A stretch of 64,000 bases of DNA, from positions 59,159 to 123,158 of IMG/VR virus record IMGVR_UViG_3300014024_000069. One strand, given 5' to 3'. The translations under genes and the position numbers were made by a program. The number at the start of each line of letters is the position of its first letter. Positions within the stretch are counted from its first letter, which is position 1. Under the pieces are notes generated by a model. The model did no database searches. It was not told the origin of the DNA and worked only from the letters and a program-made list of their open reading frames with translations. Source of the DNA: a virus (taxonomy: Duplodnaviria; Heunggongvirae; Uroviricota; Caudoviricetes). Shown piece after piece: positions 47,533 to 57,401 of this stretch.

Positions 47533-49908
47533 TTATGATGTCATTTCAACGATCATAAATGCTTTATCCAGAAGCTGCCTTACAGTCATGCCTTCATTTA
47601 CCTTCACTGCCATGATGGCATTTTTAAACCTTTTGACAACATCAAAATCATCAATTTCTCGCCACGGGTCAGGCACTGACTTTGCCACCATATAGCGAAT
47701 CTCAATGGGATTCATCTGGTCGGTCTCCATCTGCGCAAAGAATAGAGCCGACTCGACACTGGTAAGCTTGGAGTCCTCAATCTCGCTGAAATCCTCAACT
47801 GGTTTACTGATCTCCATCTCCTTGAGTCTTTGACCTATGCGCCTGATAATGCTTGCCGCAGATGAGTCAATATTGTTGAGGAGGAAGTCAGAAATGCTTA
47901 CCCCTTGCGAGTTTTTGAACTGTGAGAATCTATAATTCTTTGAATAAATCCTCTCTGGAACATCAATAAGGAAGTAGAACACTTCACTACTAATATTGAT
48001 TTTGTTGGAAAGCATCTCTTGCACGGTGACCATTTCCACGATTTCGTTGGTCATATCGTAATTAAATGAATCGGCATCTCGTGTCCAGAAACCGCTGGAG
48101 TTAACACCGATCTGCTTTAGCCTTGACTGGGTGTCTCGTGACATGCATTCATCATTTGTAACGAAAACAATCCCCATATCACGCATTAACCTCAGCAGTT
48201 TCGGGTCAAGCTTTTTTGCCTCTTCTTCTTTATTGTCATAGAAGCAAGATTCCTGCGCCAACGCAAATATTTTCTCGACTCCAGATTTCTTAAGCTCTGC
48301 AATAGCATCACGAGGGTTACCTTCCATCACTTGGTAAGTGGATTTGCCCTCATCGTCAACGGTGAAAATACCCAAAGGGACAATGTTCTTTTTGATTGCT
48401 CCACCGTTCTTCTCGTCAAGAATCTTCTTACCCATACGTGCAGCACGCCCACGGATAGTGCTAGCCCTGACCAGTTTTATCCCCAGTAGCTCTTTCAACG
48501 CCTGCTGTGGTGTTTCCATGCCGAAATCACTAGGGATAGAATCAAGAATATCGGCGCAACTAAGGTCAACATATCCACTGACACCCAATTCGGTTGCAGC
48601 CTCGTCTTTATTTCCCTTCCAGAACTCCCAAATCCGATCTGACTCAAAATAACCGTCAATAAGGATGGTGAAGAAGTCATTATTGTAGGATTTGAGAACG
48701 CCAGCTTTCGTAGGGCAAGAAAGTGTTGTGTTGAAAATATCCATTGATTTCATGCCCGGTTTCAGGACGATACCAAATGGCTTGTGAGGAATGAAGAAAC
48801 CTCGTGTGTCCTTATGCTTGTCAATGAAACGTAGAATGGACTTGAAGTTTTTCACCCACTCTTCCTTGTTTTGTGAATTGCGGGCCTTCCATTCAAGACA
48901 CTGCGCTTTCTTTATGTTTGAACCGTCAAAAGATTCAAAGATCAGTTTGTCAAGCTCCGTACTGACTTTCAACGATTCACGGTTTGGGTTAATAAATCTA
49001 CGATCTAGGTCAAGCCTAACTACAGGCTTCCCTTTTACGTGTTTGACAATATGTTCTGGTCCTTCATATCCAACATGGTTGAATACCTTATCCCAGAATT
49101 TCCCGCCAGTCACCCGATGGAAATAAGGCACGTTACCTCGACTTAAAACAACAACATCCGCGTTATCCATGTCGCTATCGTCTACGTCAATGCGCTGTGC
49201 AACCCCAGCAGGGATGCTACCCACATTATGAACACCGACCTGGTATTCTTCACCATTGACAACAAGCTTCACTTTTGATGGGTCTGCGTAGTCAAGGAAC
49301 ATCTTCCCGATGTTCGCCTTGATGTACCTCATGTTGTTTCCGTCAACATGGACGGTGACGGTGGTGCCAGAGGGCTTGCCGGTTTTTTCTGCGTGAACGT
49401 TCACGTCATACGACATGTCGTTTTCAGAGATGATCACAGTGGTGGTCATACCGTCTTTGGTGGTGGTCTCCCATGCCGCATTGGGAGAGATGGATAGCAG
49501 GGATTTGCTGCCGATGCCGAACCCGCCCACATGCTGGTCGTCCTGGTCTTTCGTGGAGAATCCAAGCCCAATGAACTTGGTGCGAACGAAATCCTCCGTC
49601 ATGCCGTTGCCGTGGTCAATAACTTTGATCAGTCCCCCATCCTCAACATGAGTGTCGTCGCTGATCTTGCCGAAAACCACATGCCCATCGGATATTTCCT
49701 TGTAGTCCAAGTGAATTTCTACAGGCTTGTCCACGCCCGCTTCCTCATGGGCTTCCATGCCGTTAATGGCGACCTCACGAATAGGCGTTGTGGGCATCTT
49801 GTACTGGTCCAACAGTAGAGACGCAACCTTGAAAGCGTCCTCCGCGCGGATGACTAGCTGCGAGTCAGCTGGGGTGCCGATGGATTCGTTGCCTTTTGAG
49901 AACTTCAC
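47533..49908 (-). CDS. GHKL-superfamily (Bergerat-fold, Hsp90/MORC-like) ATPase, 791 aa, GTG start
   Basis: N-terminal ...VIDHGNGMTEDFVRTKFIGLGFSTKDQDDQHVGGFGIGSKSLLSIS (DxGxG and GxFGxGxxS boxes). Strong SD AAGGAAAGGA upstream of the GTG. Confidence 0.65.
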   Translation of the reverse strand: MKFSKGNESIGTPADSQLVIRAEDAFKVASLLLDQYKMPTTPIREVAINGMEAHEEAGVDKPVEIHLDYKEISDGHVVFGKISDDTHVEDGGLIKVIDHGNGMTEDFVRTKFIGLGFSTKDQDDQHVGGFGIGSKSLLSISPNAAWETTTKDGMTTTVIISENDMSYDVNVHAEKTGKPSGTTVTVHVDGNNMRYIKANIGKMFLDYADPSKVKLVVNGEEYQVGVHNVGSIPAGVAQRIDVDDSDMDNADVVVLSRGNVPYFHRVTGGKFWDKVFNHVGYEGPEHIVKHVKGKPVVRLDLDRRFINPNRESLKVSTELDKLIFESFDGSNIKKAQCLEWKARNSQNKEEWVKNFKSILRFIDKHKDTRGFFIPHKPFGIVLKPGMKSMDIFNTTLSCPTKAGVLKSYNNDFFTILIDGYFESDRIWEFWKGNKDEAATELGVSGYVDLSCADILDSIPSDFGMETPQQALKELLGIKLVRASTIRGRAARMGKKILDEKNGGAIKKNIVPLGIFTVDDEGKSTYQVMEGNPRDAIAELKKSGVEKIFALAQESCFYDNKEEEAKKLDPKLLRLMRDMGIVFVTNDECMSRDTQSRLKQIGVNSSGFWTRDADSFNYDMTNEIVEMVTVQEMLSNKINISSEVFYFLIDVPERIYSKNYRFSQFKNSQGVSISDFLLNNIDSSAASIIRRIGQRLKEMEISKPVEDFSEIEDSKLTSVESALFFAQMETDQMNPIEIRYMVAKSVPDPWREIDDFDVVKRFKNAIMAVKVNEGMTVRQLLDKAFMIVEMTS

Positions 49909-50000
49909 TGAGTGTTTTCCTTTCCTTATGGTGGGTGTCTAGGGGGCGATAATGTAGGGAATCTTAGGGGGTGCTAAAACTGATCAGTATTGAGGTTTGC

Positions 50001-50501
50001 TTATTGTGTGAGGGCAGCGAGCTTCTTGTTCAGTCTCCGTTGCAGTGCTTCCCACTTACTGACCACAGGCTCAGGCTCGTACAGTAGCTTCATCCCAGCC
50101 TCAATGGGTGTCCTGTCGGCTTTTCTGCGGTTGCAGGCACCACAACACGTAATCAAGTTATCCCACGTGTTGCGCCCTCCCTTGGAGCGGGGAATGATGT
50201 GGTCCACGGTATCTCCGTGCTTCCCACAGTAGGCGCATGTGTAGAAGTCACGCTCGCGGATACGTTGAAACGAAACCGTGGCAGCATCACGGACATCATC
50301 AGAGTAGTGCGGAATATTGATGTACCCGCAGTCAGTGAGCATTAGCAGCTCATGAACATCAACCGTTGTTTTGGGCGCTTGCACCGTTTTCACGACATCA
50401 CCCAGCGGTACTGCCTTCTGGGCGACAATAAGGGAAGCTGCCCTTTGCCATGATATGTAACAAAGGGCCTGAAAGCTGCTGTTAAGCAGCAAAACTTTCA
50501 T
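50001..50501 (-). CDS. HNH endonuclease (166 aa)
   Basis: YTCAYCGKHGDTVDHIIPRSKGGRNTWDNLITCCGACNRRKADR: canonical HNH with a Cys4 zinc site. Confidence 0.85.
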   Translation of the reverse strand: MKVLLLNSSFQALCYISWQRAASLIVAQKAVPLGDVVKTVQAPKTTVDVHELLMLTDCGYINIPHYSDDVRDAATVSFQRIRERDFYTCAYCGKHGDTVDHIIPRSKGGRNTWDNLITCCGACNRRKADRTPIEAGMKLLYEPEPVVSKWEALQRRLNKKLAALTQ

Positions 50502-50550
50502 CCCGCGATCCTTCCTCTGATGAGCTGAATGGTACCCAGTTAGTAAACCG

Positions 50551-50605
50551 CAGGCACATCAAAAACCGCAACGTGCGGGGGTAACGATACCACCCCCGCA
50601 CGTTG
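50551..50605. terminator. Bidirectional rho-independent terminator between nrdE and the HNH gene
   Basis: AAAAACCGCAACGTGCGGGGG-taacgatacca-CCCCCGCACGTTGCGGTTTTT: 18-bp perfect stem with an A-run before and a T-run after. Confidence 0.8.
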
Positions 50606-50687
50606 CGGTTTTTAGCAATTACTCTCAGCCTGATAGTCCCTTAGTCAAGCTGCGAGACTTGACTAAACATGGACTAAACACTGCAGT

Positions 50688-52907
50688 CTAGATTTGGCAA
50701 CTAACACAGCCTTCAACCTCTGTACCCTCCAATGCTGACTGCCTGATGCGCATGTAGTACATGGACTTCACAAACCCTGACTTCCATGAAGTCTCAGGAT
50801 CAAATAGCGCCAGATTGCCTTTGTCATTCTTCTCACGCCCGCGTGACCATGCATAAATGTGAGCCTTGTTCACATCCCTAGTTGTACTGTCGCTAGGCAG
50901 GAACAGCGTCAAACTCATCCCCTGGTCCACGTGCTTGCCTGCCACGGCGTAGGTGTCAATCAGCGCCTTGTAACCCGTCTCATAGGCATCCCGATAGAAG
51001 CTCATATTGTCGTTCGTCATGCCCGGCGCGGGGTAGTAGACGCGGCCTACTTTGCCTTCTTTACGGATTTCGATGCGGGCGGGGATGGGGTGGAGGCTGC
51101 TGGTTGCTGAGTTGATGTAGCTGATGCTGCCGTTGGGGGCTACTGCCATGAGGTAGGCGTTGTAGAGTCCGTGTTGTTGGATTTTTTGGTCGAGTTGTTC
51201 CCAGTCTTGTTGGGTTGGGCACCATTGGTTGTGTTTGGTGAATAGTTCTCGGATGGTGGGGGTTTGTGGGGTGGTGCGCCAAATACCGTTGACGTAGTGT
51301 GTGAGGGCTTTGGATGCGCCGGTGTGGTCTTGTTGGGCGTAGTCGGATTTGTGGAAGTCGTGGAATGTTTGTCCTTGTTGTTGGGCGATGCGGCAGGGTT
51401 CGTTGAGTGCGTGGTAGCGCATGGTGGCGAAAAAGACGTTGGTGAAGTCTAGGGCTTCGTCGGATCCGTAGGGGATTTGTTGTTCTCCCAGGAATCCGTG
51501 GAGGTTCATTGCGCCGATGCCGATGCTGTGGGTTTTTTCGTTGCCGTTTTTGATGGTGGGGACGGCGGCGATGTCGGTGGTGTCGCTGACTGCGGTGAGT
51601 GCTTGGACGGCGCGTTCAACGGTGTTTTTGATGCTGCCGGTGGTCATGGTTTTGGCGATGTTGATGGATGCGAGGTTGCAGGAGATGTCTCGTCCGATGG
51701 TTTCGCGTTCGCCGGTGTGTTGGTTGTAGATGCTGGGGGTGTTGATTTGCATGATTTCTGAGCAGAGGTTGCTCATGCTGATGCGCCCGTCAATGGGGTT
51801 GTGTTCGTTGACGGTTTTCTCGAAAATGAGGTAGGGGTATCCTGACTCGAATTGGATTTCAGCGATGGTTTGGAATAGTACGCGGGCGTTGACTTTGTAC
51901 TTTTTGATTCGGTCGTCTTCCACCATGTTTTCGTATTCGTCGTCAATGGAAATATCCGACATGGGTTTGCCGTAGACACGCTGTACATCGTAGGGGGAGA
52001 AAAGGTACATGTCGCTGTTGCTGCGCGCCAATTCAAAGGCTTTATCTGTCACCATGATGCCCATTGACAGGGTTTTGATGCGTACTTTTTCGTCGGCGTT
52101 TTCGCGTTTTGTGTCCAGCATTTTCATGATGTCGGGGTGGTGGCAGGACAGGTACACCGCACCTGCGCCTTGGCGTGCCCCTAGCTGGTTGGCGTATGAG
52201 AAGGAATCCTCCAGGAGTTTCATGACGGGGATGATGCCTGATGATTGGTTTTCCACCCCTTTGATCGGGGCGCCGGCTTCCCGGAGGTTGGTGAGGCAGA
52301 TGCCGACACCCCCACCGATTTTCGACAGCTCTAGAGAAGACTTGATGGCATCCCCGATGGAGTGCATGCTGTCTTCTACCCGGATGAGGAAGCAGGATAC
52401 GTGTTCGCCGCGTCGGACTTTACCGGCGTTGAGGAATGTGGGTGTTGCGGGTTGCAGCCGGTTAGTCATCATTTCCTCAATGAACTGTTCGGCTTTGTTT
52501 TTGTCTCCGCGCGCTAGGTAGAGGGCGCACATGACTACGCGGTCTTCGTAGCGTTCCAGGTAGCGGTCGCCGCTGGCGTTCCTCAGTGCGTACTGTTGGT
52601 AGAACTTATAGGCCCCCATGAACGTGGGGAACCGGTATTTAAACGAGTAGGCATATTTGAACAGGTTTTTGATGTCTGCTTTGTCGTACTGTCCGAGAAT
52701 GTTTCCGTCGTAGTAGTTGTTGTCAACCAGGTAATCAAGTTTTTCCTCCAGTGTGTGGAAGAACACGGTGTTTTGGTTGACGTGTTGTAGAAAGTATTGG
52801 TTTGCGGCTTCCCGGTCTTTGTCGAACTGGATTTTCCCGTTTTCATCCAGCAGGTTCAGTTCGGCGTTGAGGGACAGGTAGTTCTCCTCAGATACTGTGT
52901 TTCCCAT
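50688..52907 (-). CDS. nrdE: Ribonucleotide reductase class Ib alpha subunit NrdE (~739 aa from the ATG at 52907)
   Basis: SD AGGAGA 9 nt upstream of [14 protein letters not shown]. Class I RNR signatures are NLCSEI and [10 protein letters not shown], with a C-terminal Tyr-containing tail; N-terminal region typical of NrdE. Confidence 0.9.
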   Translation of the reverse strand: MGNTVSEENYLSLNAELNLLDENGKIQFDKDREAANQYFLQHVNQNTVFFHTLEEKLDYLVDNNYYDGNILGQYDKADIKNLFKYAYSFKYRFPTFMGAYKFYQQYALRNASGDRYLERYEDRVVMCALYLARGDKNKAEQFIEEMMTNRLQPATPTFLNAGKVRRGEHVSCFLIRVEDSMHSIGDAIKSSLELSKIGGGVGICLTNLREAGAPIKGVENQSSGIIPVMKLLEDSFSYANQLGARQGAGAVYLSCHHPDIMKMLDTKRENADEKVRIKTLSMGIMVTDKAFELARSNSDMYLFSPYDVQRVYGKPMSDISIDDEYENMVEDDRIKKYKVNARVLFQTIAEIQFESGYPYLIFEKTVNEHNPIDGRISMSNLCSEIMQINTPSIYNQHTGERETIGRDISCNLASINIAKTMTTGSIKNTVERAVQALTAVSDTTDIAAVPTIKNGNEKTHSIGIGAMNLHGFLGEQQIPYGSDEALDFTNVFFATMRYHALNEPCRIAQQQGQTFHDFHKSDYAQQDHTGASKALTHYVNGIWRTTPQTPTIRELFTKHNQWCPTQQDWEQLDQKIQQHGLYNAYLMAVAPNGSISYINSATSSLHPIPARIEIRKEGKVGRVYYPAPGMTNDNMSFYRDAYETGYKALIDTYAVAGKHVDQGMSLTLFLPSDSTTRDVNKAHIYAWSRGREKNDKGNLALFDPETSWKSGFVKSMYYMRIRQSALEGTEVEGCVSCQI

Positions 52908-53195
52908 GTGATATTCGTCTCCTAAGTTGCGTGGGATATAGAACAAGAAAAAATTGGCACCCCGGCGTGGGCGTGCACTTCCTTATTTGCCTTGTTGCGG
53001 ATTGCTCTGTGTTGTGCCCGCCGAGGTGAAAGGGGTTAAGTTGCAAGCGCTGCTTATGTAGGGGCGCTAGAGCTTAGCTTACAGGGTTGTGTACAGGCGC
53101 TGGGGTACTGCAGTGGTGTTGTGTGCCGCCCTCCCATTTTGGGGGTTGCTGAGGGCGGCACATGAATCCATTCTATGCGGTTTTCTGGCGGGTGC

Positions 53196-53441
53196 TTATA
53201 CCGATGCGGGGGTGAGGCTGTCTGCCAGCTCTTTGAGCTTATCGACGCGGAAACCGCACCACTTCTCCCCCGAGTCTGTCACAACAATGGGCATGGAGAT
53301 GAATCCTGTTGACAGGGCCTCTTGGCGGCGTTCCTCATCGTTCTCAATGTTGTATTCAACATACTGAATGCCATGTTTTTTTAGGGTCTTTTTGGTCATT
53401 TTGCAGGGCATGCAGCCGCTTGTTGTATACACAGTGGTCAT
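53196..53441 (-). CDS. nrdH: NrdH glutaredoxin-like redoxin (81 aa)
   Basis: CMPC active site and WCGFRVD (cf. the WSGFRPD motif of NrdH). Confidence 0.85.
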   Translation of the reverse strand: MTTVYTTSGCMPCKMTKKTLKKHGIQYVEYNIENDEERRQEALSTGFISMPIVVTDSGEKWCGFRVDKLKELADSLTPASV

Positions 53442-53590
53442 TGGTGTTTTCCTCTTTCAATTAGGTACCATTGGGTTTTACTTCACACGCCATGCGTGAG
53501 GGCGATAGCATCTAACCTAGCACGATGTGTGAGACCATAAGACAGTACCCACCCCATGAGGGTGAGCAATATTTGAACAGTAGGTAATCA

Positions 53591-55411
53591 TTGAAAAAAA
53601 CAGGGAAAATCGCAGGTAAACTCAAAAAAACGGTGACGATAATCACAATGCTGGGGCTGACCGCAGGCACCCTCGGAGCAGGGGGATTCACCTACCTCTA
53701 CGCCACCGCAGACATACCGCACCGCGCCGGGACGCATACGATGTCGGAAATTCATTTTGTCACTTCTGATGGTGTGAATGTTGCGACGGTGCAGCCACCA
53801 GATGGGGAGAAGCAAGGCACGTCGCCTGCCGCTATTTCGCAGTATATGAAGAACGCCATTGTTGCTTCTGAGGATGGTGGGTTTTGGGAGCATTCGGGGA
53901 TAAATCCTAAGCGTATTGCGGCGGCCACGGTTCAGCATGCTTTGGGTCGTAGTGGTGGTGGCGCATCTACGATTACTCAGCAGTTGGTGAAAAACACCAT
54001 TGTGGGTGATGAACATTCGCTTGATCGTAAGGTTCGTGAGGCTGCCTATGCGTTAAAGGTTACGAACACGAAAACTAAGGATGAGGTGCTGAGTGATTAT
54101 CTGTCCATTGTGTATTTCGGACGTGGCGCGTATGGAGTTGAGGATGCGGCACGGAAGTTCTTTGGGGTCAGCGCGCTTGATTTAAATCCCGCCCAGTCGG
54201 CGCTTTTAGCGGGTATGGTACAGTCCCCCTCGGCGTTGGACCCTGATGTCAATCCAGAGGGCGCTAGGGAGCGTTTTAACTACGTTGTGGACCGCATGAA
54301 GCACGATGGGTATATTCCGCAGGGCGCACAAGTGGAGTTCCCGGAGCTAGTGTCGCCGCCTCCGCCTAAAGTCACTGTTGGTGTGGACGGGGATTATGGG
54401 CATGCGGTAAGCATGGCGTTTGCCGAGTTGGAATCAATGGGCATTGATCGCACCACTTTGCACAATGTGGGTGCCACGGTGACGTTGACTGTCAACGATG
54501 CGAAACAGCGTGCCGTACAGAACATTGTGCGCAGTCACATTGGTGGGGATTTGCGGGCTGCTGTGGTGTCGATGGACTCTGCTAACGGTGGTGTCGTTGC
54601 CATGTATTCGGGTGAAGACGGTTTGGGATTCAACTACGCTACCGCAGGGCAGATGACTGGTTCCACGGCTAAGGTTTTTGCGCTTACTGCCGCTATGGAG
54701 CGCGGTATACCCGCGTCAAAGACGTACTCGTCTGCGCCCTACAATGAGGGCGGCGTGAGCGTCACAAATTCCTCTGTTGCGTCCTGCACGGCATGTAGTA
54801 TCACCCAATCCACGGTGGAGTCGTTGAACACCTCGTATTTGCGTATTCAGAATGATATTGGTGGTGCTACGGAAACCCAGAACATGGCGTGGCGTTTGGG
54901 TGTGCCTCGTGAAATAAACGGTGAGGCAAGCCTCGGCGGCGACCAGCCCTACGACGGAATTGTGCTAGGGCAGTACCTCACCGCACCCATTGACATGGCG
55001 AACGCTTACGGCACTATCGCCTCTGGTGGTAAACGTCACCAAGCCCACATCGTTGCGGGCGTGAACACCATGAAGAAAAGCACACTGTACGAGTTCCACG
55101 GCAAAGAAGACCCCGTAATCAGTGAACAAACCGCAGCGCAAGTTAGTAACGTGCTCTCTGGGGTTGCTGACTACAGTAATCATAATCAACTCGCCGGTGG
55201 CGGCGGGAAAATGAAAACAGGGACAGTCCAGCTAGGTTCAACAGGGGAAAACCGTGATGCGTGGACAGTGGGTTTCGTTGATGGTGGGCTATCCACAGCC
55301 GTGTGGGTTGGCAGCGACAATGGTGTGCCTTTGTACTACGGAGGTGGGAAAATGTGGGGTGCCACATTGCCCGCAACTATGTGGAGGCAAACCATGAATG
55401 CCATTCGCTGA
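53591..55411 (+). CDS. Bifunctional class A penicillin-binding protein (GT51 transglycosylase plus transpeptidase), 606 aa, TTG start
   Basis: N-terminal TM helix. GT51 motifs: EDGGFWEHSG, GGGASTITQQ, RKVREAA. Transpeptidase motifs: STAKVF (SxxK) and KMKTGT (KTG). Confidence 0.8.
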   Translation: MKKTGKIAGKLKKTVTIITMLGLTAGTLGAGGFTYLYATADIPHRAGTHTMSEIHFVTSDGVNVATVQPPDGEKQGTSPAAISQYMKNAIVASEDGGFWEHSGINPKRIAAATVQHALGRSGGGASTITQQLVKNTIVGDEHSLDRKVREAAYALKVTNTKTKDEVLSDYLSIVYFGRGAYGVEDAARKFFGVSALDLNPAQSALLAGMVQSPSALDPDVNPEGARERFNYVVDRMKHDGYIPQGAQVEFPELVSPPPPKVTVGVDGDYGHAVSMAFAELESMGIDRTTLHNVGATVTLTVNDAKQRAVQNIVRSHIGGDLRAAVVSMDSANGGVVAMYSGEDGLGFNYATAGQMTGSTAKVFALTAAMERGIPASKTYSSAPYNEGGVSVTNSSVASCTACSITQSTVESLNTSYLRIQNDIGGATETQNMAWRLGVPREINGEASLGGDQPYDGIVLGQYLTAPIDMANAYGTIASGGKRHQAHIVAGVNTMKKSTLYEFHGKEDPVISEQTAAQVSNVLSGVADYSNHNQLAGGGGKMKTGTVQLGSTGENRDAWTVGFVDGGLSTAVWVGSDNGVPLYYGGGKMWGATLPATMWRQTMNAIR

Positions 55412-55510
55412 CCAATCTCTGGCCGGGTAGATGTTGCGCTTTCTGGCTGGCGTATGTATTCTTTGTTTTGTCCAAAACAATCACAACCAGAAGAAAGACA
55501 AAAGAATACA

Positions 55511-55809
55511 TGGCTAAAACTTCATTTGACTCCTTGGTCGTAAAAGCCCCTGTGGTCGTAAAAAAGAAGGGGTCTGAGTCGGAAATTTGGTTCGACGAAC
55601 TCAACCGAGAAACACGCGATGTCGTGGCGCAAGCACTCATGGACAGGTCGAAAAGCGGTTCATGGATTTTTGAGCGTTTGAAAAACCCACAAACAAGCGA
55701 ATCACGCGCCTACCCGCTACGCTTCTCCGCTTTTAAAGAGTTCAGGAAGCGGTTCCAAGAGAAGTACAAAACACTGCAGAGCTTCCGCAAAGCAGAGAAG
55801 GGTGCATAG
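55511..55809 (+). CDS. Small basic hypothetical protein (~99 aa from the ATG at 55511)
   Basis: The part of ORF 55303..55809 that follows the PBP stop: MAKTSFDSLVVKAPVVVKKKG.... Confidence 0.4.
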
Positions 55810-55811
55810 AA

Positions 55812-57050
55812 ATGGCAACATCCTTCGACCATCTCCTGGAACTCAACGACAAAGTTACCCCAAAGGGTTATCACCCAGGGCGCTTTGTGGAAAGCAAAGA
55901 CGGAGCAACCGGTTCATGGTGCCCCGACAAACCACTTCCCAAACAGCCCAGCGACGATGACATCCGACGTGCTGTGGAGGTATCCGGCTTTGATCCCAAT
56001 GAGTGGACTATTGCGAATGACCGTATGTCGATCTCAACCTGCGCGGCAATTGGAGCTGATGGAACACCAGACCCCACCCTGCGATGGTACAAGATCAACC
56101 TTGTACGCAAAACAAAAGACTTCATTGAAGAAGCCGATGAACTTCTACTGGAACTGATTAAAAACAGGTCAGGCAAGAAGAAAAAAGACAAGTCCAAGCA
56201 GAAAAAAGTGAAAGTCCCCTATCGCTTGCTGTTCATCACAGACCAGCATTTAGGCAAATCCGAGCGGGACGGCGGGGGAAGCAAGATTCTCACCCAGCGC
56301 TGGATTGACGGCGTAGAAGAAGCCCTTTCCGATGGACCCTTCAAGGAAGTACACATCGCAATGGGCGGGGATACCATTGAAGGGTATGTGTCGCAAAACG
56401 GCAAGAACATTGCCACCACAGACATGACCCTACAGGAATCCATGCGCCTGGCACAGGGACTCCTGTTGGACACCATCATGAAAGCACATGCGGTGTGCGA
56501 GAAAGTATCAGTATCAGTGGTTCCCGGAAACCACGGGGAAACCACCCGTGTTCAAGGCCGCCCCATGCGCGACAGCTACGATATTATGATCGTCGCCAAC
56601 GTTCAAGACACCATTGATTTCCACAACAAGAACAACCCTGATGACCGCATCAATGTGGAGTTCTACTACCCGAAAGAAAACCGTGTTGACGTGTCGTTTA
56701 CCTTTGGTAAATCCAACATCACTCTTGTTCACGGTCACACATTCGGCAGCGGCGGGCAAGAAAAAGGTGCCTATGATTGGTGGACCAAGCAAATCGTGGG
56801 TGGTCAGCCTTCATCAGCGTCACATATTCTGCTTGCTGGGCATTTCCATAACTGGCGGACATTCAACATGTCAACAGATCGTCAAGTTGTGTTCGGTGCC
56901 GCCCTTGAAACCTACTCTGCGTGGTTTGAGCATAAAGGTAACCCGCGAACACAAAGCGGAATCATGAAGCTTGATATTGGCTACCAGCGTTTCTACGGGA
57001 TTGGGTTGTGCCCATCCCCACCAGAGGAAAAAGAGCTTCTAGGTCTATAA
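55812..57050 (+). CDS. Calcineurin-like metallophosphoesterase (412 aa)
   Basis: Motifs ITDQHLG (DxH), GGDTIEG (GDxxD), GNHGE (GNH[DE]) and GHFHNW (GHxH). Confidence 0.65.
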   Translation: MATSFDHLLELNDKVTPKGYHPGRFVESKDGATGSWCPDKPLPKQPSDDDIRRAVEVSGFDPNEWTIANDRMSISTCAAIGADGTPDPTLRWYKINLVRKTKDFIEEADELLLELIKNRSGKKKKDKSKQKKVKVPYRLLFITDQHLGKSERDGGGSKILTQRWIDGVEEALSDGPFKEVHIAMGGDTIEGYVSQNGKNIATTDMTLQESMRLAQGLLLDTIMKAHAVCEKVSVSVVPGNHGETTRVQGRPMRDSYDIMIVANVQDTIDFHNKNNPDDRINVEFYYPKENRVDVSFTFGKSNITLVHGHTFGSGGQEKGAYDWWTKQIVGGQPSSASHILLAGHFHNWRTFNMSTDRQVVFGAALETYSAWFEHKGNPRTQSGIMKLDIGYQRFYGIGLCPSPPEEKELLGL

Positions 57051-57072
57051 CCCCTCATTAAGGAAAAGGTCT

Positions 57073-57291
57073 GTGAATACTGGTGATGATAATATAATGC
57101 CCAGTATTTACAGGCCATCTTTTACAAGGACAACAAAAATGATGAGCGAATCAGAAAAACTCGTTGATGACATTGACATCAACGACGTAAGACACTTTGC
57201 TGAACTTCCCGACGACACCATTATCACCGTTGAGGAAAACGGCGAATGGGTAGAAACCACCGTCGGGGAACTAAGAGCAGAGGAGCAGTAA
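57073..57291 (+). CDS. Small hypothetical protein (72 aa)
   Basis: ORF only. Confidence 0.3.
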   Translation: MNTGDDNIMPSIYRPSFTRTTKMMSESEKLVDDIDINDVRHFAELPDDTIITVEENGEWVETTVGELRAEEQ

Positions 57292-57401
57292 AGCACCATC
57301 CGCCCCGCGACCGTCGGTAGACGGTGGGGCGGTAACGAAAGCACCCCTTTTTTACGTCAGTGAAAAACTGCGTGTGGGGGTGCTTTTCTTTAGGTTAATC
57401 C

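Noticed and set aside
55303-55510. N-terminal extension of ORF 55303..55809 overlapping the end of the PBP gene
   Set aside because: It overlaps the well-supported PBP in another frame; the internal ATG at 55511 directly after the PBP stop is the plausible start.
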